A stretch of DNA of 64,000 nucleotides, from contig JASANG010001107.1 in the NCBI GenBank assembly GCA_030248215.1, positions 186,001 to 250,000 of the forward strand, written 5' to 3'. Position 1 is the first letter of the stretch. Each line of letters begins with the position of its first letter. The notes under the pieces were generated by a model, which was not told the DNA's origin, searched no databases, and was given only the letters and a program-made list of their open reading frames with translations. Of this stretch, positions 52,645-64,000 are shown in pieces. The stretch is from Enoplolaimus lenunculus (taxonomy: Eukaryota). The position numbers and the translations under genes were made by a program.

Positions 52645-54312
52645 CTAAAACCACAAGCTAAATGGCCGGTTAAAAATCACGGAACATTTTCCATCGGTAC
52701 CCAAGAGAAAGAAAACATTCATTTGTTGAATCATAAGAGTAAACTGATAATCTTAATAAGGATTTTGAAGATTACATACCAACGCGATTTATTTGAACTA
52801 AACTTACCCGACCAGATTTTCTTTCTTCTGCTTTTCGCTTCAGTGTTCCATCAGGGTGATCCCACAGTCGTTTGAAACAGATAGACGCATATGACCCTTT
52901 GCCGATAAGATAACCAGTCAGCAGCGCGAGTAAATGTTTTGGCAATGCACTTGAACGTGAAATATAACCGTGTCGTATTGCAGCACCGGTAAGCATTGAT
53001 GCACCGATACTCAATGGAAGTGCTCCATACCTGAAAGAAACAATATACAGCAACACAAATTACGCAACCAATTGAGTTAAAGTAAAATGTGTCATCTTTC
53101 ACAAATTTCCTATTTCTTAAAACGATCTATTCAGCAAGCAAACAAATTCATCACATTGTTAAAATTATATGTACGACCTGCGACCAAGCGACATCAGTAA
53201 CTAACGATTAACGAATAGCATCGTCTTTAGAAGACTTTCAATACGTTGACGGGTGGCTTTCATCACGTAGCCCATGAGGTAGTTGGAATAAACATCTTAG
53301 TCGAGCACGGTTCTATCTGCTAGGTTTACCGTTAAACATTGATGAAGGGGGACTAAAACGATTCTAGGCTCGTCAACAACTTCAAGCAGTGTTTTAATGG
53401 TCGACAGATGTACAGTTTTTCTGCTTTAAATAAAAAAAAGTTTCGCGCTTTGCCCGGGGCTCCCCCAAACTCCAGGTTGGGTGCCCCCAAACTCGCGAGC
53501 GAATCGAGCGAGAAGCCAGACGTACGTTAAAACATCGGCGGTTTTTGTTTCAGCCGGTTAAGGTGAGGGTGAGGGCCCCCTTAGAGGTGCGCCTTCCAAA
53601 TGAGGCTACAGCGGTACGTATATGTAACAAAAGGCCAAATGTTACATTGGTGCGTATACCAGAAATTTCGGTCTAACGCACTTCTCGGTAACATTAATTT
53701 AACTTACAAAAAACTTTCACGCCGACACTGCCACAAAACTTGCATTTCGTTTGAAGTTAGATGAACCATAACATTTTTCGCGTCAATTGGTATTGAAGGC
53801 GTGGGTTCGTTGTCTGAAATTAGCCAACATCATGAAAATTACACAAGTGTGTCTCCTCACGACGTACCACCGTGAAGCAGCTAACTCACAACGTTAATGA
53901 CATGCTTAGCAAATACAAAATGTCAATAGTACAAGCTGCTGCTCATATATAGAATGCCGGAGGTAATCCACAGGCAAAGTTAAAACAAAGCTCCAACCGT
54001 ATCAAGTATTACTTTGACAGTATTCATACCAATCAGAAAAAACTTCAAAAGGAAAGTTGGTTACATGAATGGATAACTTATTTTTCTCACGATTGAGGTT
54101 TTATTAATGAAAACCTTACATCTTTATAACAATATATAAATTGAAAAAATGAGCAATAAAGAAGTCATTAATAAATCGAAATTCAAGTACCAGCGCAATG
54201 TAACTGAGGTAATTAATATATGCAGAACATAGTGTACAAAGGTACTTACGGGCTGGAGTAATTTTATTAGCAATTTACCTCGCTTCTCCGGATGCGACAA
54301 ATATTCGGTCAT
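52171..54312 (-). CDS. OCIAD1: OCIA domain-containing protein 1 (OCIAD1/asrij homolog), 278 aa; exons 54312-54279, 53813-53708, 53030-52808, 52644-52171
   Basis: Spliced OCIA motif LTSNEMQVLWQCRRESFLYGALPLSIGASMLT...LPKHLLALLTGYLIGKGSYASICFKRL, plus family-type C-terminal motifs TTYDELRRKN and KTTAYGDV. Intron phases 1,2,0 are consistent; total 837 nt. Exon 1 is the least certain. Confidence 0.85.
52808..53030 (-). CDS. OCIAD1: OCIAD1 exon 3 (OCIA hydrophobic core)
   Basis: Acceptor TTCTTTCAG, donor CGG|GTAAGT; YGALPLSIG...GYLIGKGSY. Confidence 0.88.
53708..53813 (-). CDS. OCIAD1: OCIAD1 exon 2
   Basis: Acceptor ATTTCAG, donor TT|GTAAGT; NEPTPSIPIDAKNVMVHLTSNEMQVLWQCRRESF. Confidence 0.85.
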
Positions 54313-54757
54313 CTTGCTTAAAGCGATAACCGCTTTACGAACGCAATATTTAGTAGCGTATTACTGTACCAAACATACGTATGTGCTTTAATAAAACTAT
54401 TGATCAATGTAACTAATTTCACTATACGCGGAAGTTAAAGCAGCAACAAAAACGAAACTAGTGATAGTCCTCGAAAACGCTTGTCACAACCACAAAGAAT
54501 TTGGCTCTTGTACGCTTCCCCCACATTTTCTCTTATGACAAAGGCCTATATCCGCATAAGAATAAACCACTGCCTAAGCTCAAGGCTACACTTTAAATTT
54601 ATTTTCAAGCTAGAGTTGAAACTATCAATCCTGTTATTAGATTTGTTGCCAAACACAAATCTAGAAGTTTGTGGCCAGCTAGCTAATAGATGCCACTGTT
54701 TTGACATATAACAATATTGTTAATAGTGTGCACATTATGCTTGTTATGTGTTGTTAA

Positions 54758-55140
54758 CATGGTGTAACGGATAGTAAATAATAACGGAAACAGCTAGTGA
54801 TGAAAATGACGGAAACGGGAAACGGATATTGAAGTATAAAAGTTTCAAAAATGTTTTATTTTTATGCTATGCCAACACAATTGAGGCATGCATATATTCA
54901 CCGGGTTTTCAAAAATTCGAAAGAAAAAATGGCGGATGCATCGAAATTTTTAAGCTTTTGGATGAATTTCGTAATTTTTATTTCATTGCAAACAAATGTA
55001 GCAAATCCGCAATGAAAAACGGCGAGATATGTTTCTCATTTATAACTTATTTTCAACATAAAAATAATAGAATTTCCGTTATTTCTACAGCGGAAACGGA
55101 CACCGATTTTTACCGAAAACGGATGTCCGGTTACACTCTG
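54758..55140. mobile_element. hAT-like MITE
   Basis: CATGGTGTAACGGA / TCCGGTTACACTCTG ends; 8-bp TSD GTTGTTAA / GCTGTTAA; ACGGA subterminal repeats. Related fragments near 7656, 34973 and 49747. Confidence 0.75.
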
Positions 55141-55148
55141 GCTGTTAA

Positions 55149-55408
55149 CCCTTTCTCACATGAATATTTTCTATTTCCCCTGAGACCTAGTTTTATGCTA
55201 GGATTCGCACTCCAGTGACTGGAGTGGAAGGCGTATACCATTACCACTCTGCTATAGGAGCTTGACGCTCGAGCCCGAGGGGGCTCTCACGTCTTGTGGT
55301 GATTTAGTACTATGTATACGTGTTGCAATTATTAAACATCGTGCGATATATACTATTTAACGTATGCACTGCACTGAGTTGCCTAGGCCAACTCAATGTG
55401 AGAAGGGG
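55149..55408. mobile_element. piggyBac-like non-autonomous element, copy 2, containing a tRNA-derived segment
   Basis: TTAA|CCCTTTCTCACAT ... ATGTGAGAAGGGG|TTAT. Confidence 0.65.
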
Positions 55409-55764
55409 TTATAGATAGTAAACTGAAAATTTTTCGCTTAAATATTAATGTGATTCTCGTAATATAATTTTGGCATAAGATTTAGCACCCATTAATATCT
55501 TCGCATTTGTTGAAGCACGAGTACCATGTTTTCTAATTTTTGGGAGATAGTCTGCATACGGGAAGGGGTAACGGTTCACACCAAATTTCTACAAGTAGAC
55601 TATTTGAGTTACCAAGGTTTCAGATGCGGCAAGGTAGATGCCGTCTGCAACCGAAAGTGAAAAGATAAACGCCGACGGTCCACTAATACGCCGGACCCGG
55701 AGAAAATTTTTTTGATGGTCCTTTTTTGAAACATTTCGACTGTTTGCTTGCAATGTATGTACAG

Positions 55765-56087
55765 CAGGGTACAACCGGAGGTATGCCTCCGTCTCCGACA
55801 GAAATTCGACATGCGGCTCTGGAAAATTAAAATTTTACACATTTCTACAGAATTTATTTGCTTGGTGCGTTTCATTTTAAGTTTTGGTATTTTAGATAAA
55901 AACATAAACATAAAACCACAAGATTTAACAACACCATACAGGTATTTGCTAAAATCATCAACTTAAACATCGTGTTAAATACCTAATTTCGCCTCATCTT
56001 TGGCCCCTGCAAATTTTGTTGACTATCGGCTCCAGCAAATTTTGTTGACCTCCGGCTACGGCGTGTTTCACATCCAGTTGCACCCTA
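55765..56087. mobile_element. hAT-like MITE
   Basis: CAGGGTACAACCGGA / TCCAGTTGCACCCTA ends; 8-bp TSD ATGTACAG / ATGGACAG. Confidence 0.75.
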
Positions 56088-56649
56088 ATGGACAGCATCA
56101 CCGCTGCGCATTTTAAACATTACAAGAAATTCGACTACCGAAGTTAGGGCCCATGTTACGATAAAGGCTGTCTCATTGTTTTTGGACAGTAATATAACGG
56201 GTGTGCAAATATATGCACTCCTGTTTACATAGGCACAGCCAAATATATAAAATAGTATATAATATATACAAAATTGTATATAATATATAAAAATATATAT
56301 ACTATATAATAAGAATGTGGTGTAGTAATGGCAGTTTTTACGTTTCGCGAAGGTTGCGCGATTGCAGCGCCCCTGACCCCGGTTTCAAGGGACGCTGAGG
56401 CTGAGAAAGATTAGTGTTCTAATAATGAAATGCTTAGTGTGCGGGGAGCGAGAGCGCTACATCCTGCTTAGGGTCCCCTGAACTTGCGCGGGTCAGGGGG
56501 ACGACAGCCCACCTCAGAATATAATTAAAGAAAATTTTTCATGTAATTTTCCTTGTTGTGGCCCCAGCTGTCCCAATGTCTTAACTATCCAAATTATATT
56601 TGTTGTGCGCACTACTGGCATTATTGCTGTAATGCCTCGCCCATTTCAT

Positions 56650-56845
56650 CGTGTGCCTCGTGTGTGCATTTTGGCGATGCCTATTTCCCACTTGGGTTTG
56701 GGAAAACGCTACAAACGTGAAAATTGATGAAAATTGTTTCAATTTCTCTTTTGAACAACTTCTATGTTTTCATTTTCCCATTTGTAGCGTTTTCACAAAC
56801 TCAAGTGGGAAATATGCGTCAACAAAACCCACATACAGGGCACAG
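56650..56845. repeat. Foldback palindrome (MITE-like)
   Basis: TATTTCCCACTTGGGTTTGGGAAAACGCTACAAA pairs with TTTGTAGCGTTTTCACAAACTCAAGTGGGAAATA. Confidence 0.7.
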
Positions 56846-57672
56846 AATAAAATAGACTACGCATAAAGCGAAAAAATGGGACGGCATTTAGGGTAACATT
56901 GGACGAGTAGAACCTCGGACAAACTAAGTCGGAGATTTTCAGCCGGAAGCGGACCTGAAGATGCACCATAATCCATAGCCGTTCGCTCTAATTTGCAACA
57001 ATTTCTATACGACAATATAAACACAAAACACATTTACTACGCAATTATGCAAAAAATGTATATAGTCCAATATAATACAAGCCTATAAACGGTAAAAGTG
57101 TCGCAGCGGAAAGAGTCGACAAAACTTGCCGGAGCTTGTACACTTGGAGGTGAGACGAGGTAGTTAAAATGATGTAAATTTGTAAATTTTAGCAAACATC
57201 TGTAATGTGTTGTTAAATCGTTTGATTTTACGCTATTTTTTTACGAAATCCTGGCAATTATTTGCTCAACATTGCGCCAAAATTTAAAGGAAAAACGCGC
57301 CAAACAGGCAAAAATGTTGTAAAACTATGAAAAATTTCACTGCCGACATTGCCGAAACCTTTGTAAAAAATTCTACCGGAGCCGGAGGTCGATTTTCTTC
57401 CGGATTCGGAGGCAGACCTCCGGTTGTAAGCGCATCTATCAAAAAACTATGAAACATTTTGGTACTGTTTCAAAACCGTCCGCAAAAATACCGGAAACAA
57501 ACACCAAATAAAACCCGCGTAGTTAATACCTTTCAATCAATGCTAGACAGAATTTTGTCAAATCCACAATTTATAAATGTTTTGAAAGCTCTGTTGGTAC
57601 ATTAGTGAACCAATTATGCAAATTATGAGCCAAGCGATGAGAAAGTCAAAGTATTCTTGATACAGGCTTGCA

Positions 57673-58147
57673 TACTGTAGTGACCCGAATAAGAGGGGGG
57701 ACTGTTGTCTTATGACAATAGCTTGAGCGATAATACAAGGCTATACTTAGGAATGTACTTTCAAAATTTAAGTACAATTTAAAGTTTCGAACTCAAATTA
57801 TTTGGTCCTGGATTCATTTATGCGCTACAATTAGGGTTAATTGACATTTATGGACTCGATATTAGGTTTAGGGACTCTATCCGCTTACGGACTCTTATTA
57901 TGGATACGGACTCCAATTGATTCGGACTCAAAATGGGACTCCCCCCTCTTATTAACCCTCCCCCTTATTCGGGTCAATACAGTACTGTATAATTCAACGG
58001 AAAATTGCAGTGCCGGATATATCAGTAACGAACGGCGGCGGAGCGTGGTTTAAACAAAAATAACAGTCCGTAACCGAATAACAAGGGGGTACCCTCCGGA
58101 GAGGCCAAATAAATATCAGCACTCCTCTTATTCGGGTCACTACAGTA
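57673..58147. mobile_element. Composite of two oppositely oriented, internally deleted MITE family A copies sharing a TA
   Basis: 57673-57984 in + orientation, 57983-58147 in - orientation; junction TACAGTACTGTA. Confidence 0.85.
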
Positions 58148-59747
58148 CAAAAATAGTAATTACGTAAAACAGCGAAACAATGGCAATCACTGAACGAAGC
58201 AAATGTATTTTCTAGCTTCACTAGACATTAGAACGCCGCTGTGAACTTTTTGACCTACAATCGTTCCAAATAACGACAACCGCTTTTGTATTAAGGCAAA
58301 AATGCGAATTATATATTAGGTTCAGCAAGTATAAGTAAGCTACGCGTGGCATGAACAACATATTGCGATGTCAGCAACAAAACTTTGTTTAGGTTCACTA
58401 AGCTTAATTTTAGCCTTGCGCTAAGCCTGAGTGTTGTTGCTAAACGTTTAACTAAGTAGTTTTTGAAAATCGTCAGACAGTATAACATGTCAAATTCGGT
58501 AAGCCTATACACAAACAATACATACATACAGGCACACAAAAGAACTGCTCAACAAACAACACAATACATTATGCCATATATATATACAAAAACAATAAAA
58601 TTCTTATTTAATAAATTAGTTCGCTTTTGATATTTTCTGATTTGTAGCTTAATATTTGCATCTGTTTTTGACATCAGAAATGTAACGTTTTGCACTGCGT
58701 CGCTCTATTTGAAAGTGCACTTTCTAAATGGTTTTTAATATAGAAACGCAACATATAAATCGTGTATTCTGATTAGAAAAGAAGCAGTCAGTTTGATTTC
58801 GAAGTTGAACAAAGTGGCTCCAGCATTTTGTGTTAATCTACGGGTTTTTCATTTTGAATTTTGCGCGCTGCATTTGCGGCGGCCATATCCGTTTTTTGCA
58901 TTCCGTGCAAACCGCGGCAATTAAGGTGACACAACGCAATACAGTTTGCCTTAACGCACGGCGATTTGCGTTTACTTGCCCTGAGAACAAAAACGTTGAG
59001 GCGATCCGCCTGCTTAACAGGCGACTGCTTAGCTTCAGCACAATCATGCTACATTACAGCAACACATTACGCAGCCGCAGACTATCTGGAAACCAAGAAT
59101 TCTCGCATAATGCACAAAAACAAATCTTCACCCATCCTCTCGACTGGAAAGTATCACTTACTTTATTACTAACTATGTAGTTATATCCGCTAGACTAACT
59201 ACAGTTGAGAACACATCTCTTTCGTTTGTTTTCAGACAAGAGAACAATGCTACAAGCACTACACACTAAAACAATGCAAAAAACATGATCAAGATAATAG
59301 GCTCGTCACACCTGAAACAAAACAGGAGTCGGCGACGGAATGCGACAATAAGCGTTTGAAGGCCAAAGATTACAATGTATATACTCATAAAATACTGAAG
59401 CGGCTAGTATGTTACGACCAATGCAGAATACTGTTTTAGAAAACACAAGCCGGTATTCTTAAATGGCAGCAGCACCTCTATTAAAGGGTAGTAATATGAT
59501 AGGTCTATACATATTTGAATATAAGTCCTCTTGAATAAAGAAAACAATCGTTTTGCATTAGCATTCCAACCGAATTTGAAAACACTGAAAGTTGTTACAT
59601 ATGTGTACACTGATCGCAACATAAACCGCTAAATACAAGAAATTATAAATAAATAATAGAAAAATACTATTTTCTGTCGCTGAGATCCTGATTGTGGCAC
59701 CCAGCTTAGCAATTAGCAGTAAAATTATAAGATTGAAACGTTTGATA

Positions 59748-62700
59748 TTACACCTTCCTTTGTGTGACAGTATCCACAGTCGAACCAGGAGCACGGGTGT
59801 CTTCTTTGGCGGTTCCAGCTTTCGATTTTTTCGTTAGAAATCGTCTCCTGCAAAAGGAACGTACAAGTGGCAAAAGTAGGTAGCGAAAAACTCTAAAACA
59901 AGCTGTAATACCTAGACTACCCAAGCACAACGAACTTTATAGGTTATAATGTAACTACGTAGCAAAGTGACAAAATAGCTTTTCTTACGTTTCAGGTGTA
60001 CTGTCAGTTGATGGACCTGCAGTATTCGGGTCCAAATCGGCATCTGGATCAGCTGCATCTCCAGAGCTTCGTTTTTCGTGAATGAATATTATCACTGCGA
60101 GAATTACCAATTCAACAACAATTCCAACAAACGGCCACAATGGCGCTAATTTATCTGAAATTTTAATGAGAAAAGGCGCAAATATGTTGCATAATTTGAC
60201 TAATCTTATTAAGCAGGGTTTTTTCACAAGTTTTGCTGCATTTTACAGCGTTTTTCCGGATCCAATGTGTACTGCCAAATGCTGCTAATACCTTCATTTA
60301 CGGCTAAAATTAGTCTTGGGATTGAACCCACTATTTAAACTTCTAGATTTTCTGGCCCTTTGCATTCAGCTACGAGAATGATGGTATACATAAGCAATTT
60401 TAGTAGAATCAATAAATTTATATATGTGCCGAAAATTTAAAATCACAAAAATTAAGGCGTTAGGGATAGTTTTCCATTCCAATCTAAATATGGCACGTAA
60501 ATAAATAACTTTAGGAACAACGCGATTTTAAATGAGTTTTTAAAACTATTTAAATGCGTTTTTGCGTTTAAAAATCAGTGCATGAAAACACAGAAAAAAC
60601 GCACAAAATCCTTGTTTATGGTGTCATATTTTCCCCCGCAATATTTCCCCCGGCACAACTATGTTACGACCGGTCTTTCAAATACCAGATAAGAGCCGGA
60701 TTCAAAATTTCCACAGGAACCGAATGTCAACAAGATAGTACAACGCGGTTTTAATTACTCCCTTAAACCAGCGAAGAACATCTAACATTTTTCGGATTGG
60801 CTCGTGTTCAACTACTTTTCCATTGCAACACAGAGCCAACTCAAGCCAAGCGTTCTTCTGAAAATGGTCTATGTACTGAATGTAAGATTGCAAACTTTAT
60901 CGCACACTTAATACAAATTGATGGAAGTTAGAGAAACACTGTATGTAAAACACAGAAAGAAAAGTGTAACTATAGGTATCATTTTAGATACCCTACAGAA
61001 CTTCCCACGAAAAAGTTAGTATCTATAAGACTTTAACGGGATAAGGCAATATATTCTATCCTACACGACTTTTTTATATTAAAAACTAACCTGGAAACCA
61101 CTGATAATACGACATTTTTGATACGCACTGCGTTCTATAAACTAACCTTTTACGCGGACGATTTGCGTAGCGTTGTATTCACCATAACTGTTCTGCGCAA
61201 CGCATATGTATTCACCGCGGTCATCATTTGAAAGTGTACGAATGATTAGTTGTGCGTTATCGACATCATCGTATGAGTCAAACTCAATATTCGAATCAGA
61301 TGTATCACTGTCATCTAAAATACAACTAATTCCAAAACAATTTTTTATAAACACTTACAAAAATTGTTCCCAATTATTGTTTGTGGAATAAACCAACAAA
61401 ACTTTTACAAGAATTTCGGGACGAGTGGTGAATACCTCCCCACTTCCCCCTGAATATGCAGCTGCTGATCATACCTACTTCTATGTGCTTAGGCTTATGC
61501 TGAGATCAGTATGTACTCCACGCACGTTGTACATGAATAGACTTAAGAACGTTTAGACAGGAACCAGACAGAATTAGACAGTCTGTTGTATGGGAGATAG
61601 AACAGTGACTTTATTTAAGTAGCCAATAAAACAGAGATGGACGTATCTTAATTCTAGTAAAATATTTAGCAATTAGCGTCATCATAACTGAAAAGCTTAT
61701 AAAAACACCGAGGTACTTAAACCCAAAAATGTTTTACAAACCTTCCATTGAAAGAACTTTATCATCTTTTAGCCAAGTTACGGTTGGAATAGGATATCCT
61801 CTCACAGGACATTCTATAGTCAATTCTGTGCCTTCTTTGCCAGTGACGCTTTTGTCTTTTCCATACATGTCGACGTAGGGCTGAGCTAAATACAACAAAC
61901 GAATTGCTACATTATAACACAAACACTTTAGCCACAAACCCGTTCATGAATAAGCAAACAGTCCATCTCTCATTTACTGCGCAGGAGTACAACACTTATG
62001 TGGAGCAAGCAAATTGCCTTCGTGAAGCCTAACTATGTATTATTAATTAACTAGAATAATGATATAACCACTGTTGACGACTGTAAGGCAACACAAACGA
62101 ATATTCGTTACAAAACCTCGCGTCCGAAACACGACCACGAAAACTTACTATTCATCATCAAACAAAACTTACAGTATACTTTAGCGAATGATACAGCTTC
62201 CGTGACTGCGTCTGCATCAGTTTTATTTACAGTACAGTTGCACATGTAAACACCACCTTCAACTCGATTAGGGTAATGAATATGCAAAGAGCCATTTGAA
62301 TGAACTGTAATCTAAAGATTAAAAATAAATATAACGGAACAAGAACATTAGCCCAATTTCATCGATATGTTAGCGTTTTCCAACAATGATTGCGAGAATG
62401 CGATAAACAATATACCCAAAACGTAGCTTTCGAAACTATAAACATTTTAATTTGTAATAGGCCAAAATCCTATTGCACCAATTGCACGTGGAAACCTGAA
62501 TTTTTCGTCCGAATGTTAAAACAGGTTTGCTCTACATTGTAAAAACATTTCTGTGTTTTGTTTCTACATCCATCTTAATATTACAACACAACATTGTAGC
62601 GCCAACTTCTTACTCGCTTGTTATCTTCATCTATCGGCTCTTGATCACGAGTCCAGCTACAGTGGTTGATTGTGTAACCTTTTTTAGCAATGCAATCGAT

Positions 62701-63440
62701 TTCCAAATCAGTCTCATTCGTCAGCTGTCCTTCGTTTTCATAATTAATCCAATCGAATAATACACGTGCGGATACTAGATCGGAACTGGCTAAAACAAAG
62801 TCAATATATACGTAACTAGTCAATAATGAATATACTAATACATTTGCTCTCAGTGCAAAACAAATATTCTGTTTAGAAACCTTCGCCCGTAGATAGATGC
62901 ACAGTATTGACAGTGAAAATATTATATTATGTACTACTGACTGCCAAAATTCGGTCTCATGCCGTTGCATCCATAAATCACTGTCAAGTTGTAGTTCTTA
63001 ACCATTTAGCAAGCTCTAAAAAGCGAACAAATTTACTTACAAACAATGGTTTGGAAAACAAAATGCCATAGCTTAGCCCTGAAATTACCTGCACCATTGC
63101 TGATGTTCAGTTATATATTGCACGATGCCTAGCTCGTGGTACGTTGTATAATGTATAATATGTCGTATAGTTGTACCAAATTAATACTTACATCTAACAA
63201 TTATACCCACTTCAGCCACATCGATATCTGACGCCTGAGTTGATCGGCACGTATAACTGCCCGAGTCTGAACTTCCTTCAGCTGTGAATTCCAAATCAAG
63301 GGTGTTTGGTGTCAGTTGGCTATAAATGCATTTGCCATAATCAGTTGTACCACAAATCCGCGCATTATCACGGCGCCATTCAAGAGTTGCATCTGTACTC
63401 TTTCCAACATGCGTGCACGTTAGGTGTACATTTTCGCGAT
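59748..63440 (-). CDS. BSG: Basigin/neuroplastin/embigin-family Ig-superfamily type I membrane protein, 5'-incomplete; exons 63440-63192, 62789-62614, 62311-62173, 61885-61742, 61314-61147, 60154-59989, 59847-59748
   Basis: Family-diagnostic TM with intramembrane Glu (KLAPLWPFVGIVVELVILAVIIFIHEKR). Three Ig domains: LTC..LEW..DSGSYTC; IDC..SW..GGVYMC; IECPVRGYPIPTVTW..DRGEYICVAQN. All intron phases match. No signal-peptide exon found in the window. Confidence 0.85.
59989..60154 (-). CDS. BSG: Basigin-like transmembrane exon
   Basis: Acceptor ATTTCAG, donor AC|GTAAGA; LAPLWPFVGIVVELVILAVIIFIHEKR. Confidence 0.9.
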
Positions 63441-64000
63441 CTACAAGAATATTACTAGGGATGCAGATAGGATGAACAAATGCTTGGCACAATTTCGGCG
63501 TGGAGATAGACAGACACGAATAAGAAGTATAGTAGAGCGGGAAAACCCCGCTCAGTTTTCGGGCATAATATATACTTTCATAACTTGTGCTAAATTGAAA
63601 CGATTGATTCTCATATTCACATTGGCTTGCATGGACTATTTCAGACACACCAATTTGTATTAATGTTTTGTCAAATGTTTTTACGCACGGTTCCGTTTTG
63701 AAACCTTAAAAATTCGTATATGGGCAAAATACCAAAAATTCTGATGAGTTACCCTATCAAACGTTGTGTTAAAAATGAGTTATATTATGTTTATCTGCAT
63801 TGAAGGACGTATGATAATACACGCGACTATCCAACGGAACACTGCATAGGCAGGTTTTCACAGCACAACCTTAATTTTCCTACTGTGGTCGCGCGTGATG
63901 GAAAAAACCCACTTAGTGACCTTATCTGTCCGGCTGAATAACAAATCATAAACGGTCATGCAGCGTTCACAATATAATTTACGCTGTGCCACCGGGAACG

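Noticed and set aside
54124..54278. Read-through of OCIAD1 exon 1 to the GTAAGT donor at ~54249
   Set aside because: That donor is phase 0 and incompatible with the phase-1 acceptor of the next exon.
1..64000. Autonomous transposase/RT genes or prokaryotic-type systems
   Set aside because: No ORF with DDE, RT, integrase or operon-like features was seen.

Overview
AT-rich, intron-containing invertebrate (metazoan) genomic DNA; the host cannot be fixed from this window. The first ~35 kb has no convincing coding exon and is filled with non-autonomous DNA transposons (pogo/Tc1-type, hAT-type, PIF/Harbinger-type and piggyBac-type MITEs), a 2.2-kb tandem array and small duplications. Three spliced genes were rebuilt by hand from GT-AG sites and intron phases. 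(1) A ~2540-aa + strand protein (6 coding exons, 35643-45692) has an internal BTB/POZ domain, very long polyN/polyQ/polyH regions and three zinc fingers that closely resemble C. elegans PQM-1; the finger exons are missing from the supplied ORF track. (2) OCIAD1/asrij lies on the - strand (4 exons, 278 aa). (3) The 3' part of a basigin/neuroplastin-family Ig receptor lies on the - strand. The best candidate for something undescribed is the BTB + PQM-1-type zinc-finger protein. Other notable items are a tail-to-tail MITE dimer with reciprocal deletions, a piggyBac-like element carrying a tRNA-Gly-derived Pol III head, and MITEs carrying TTAGGC hexamer arrays. All family assignments come from recalled motifs, not database searches.
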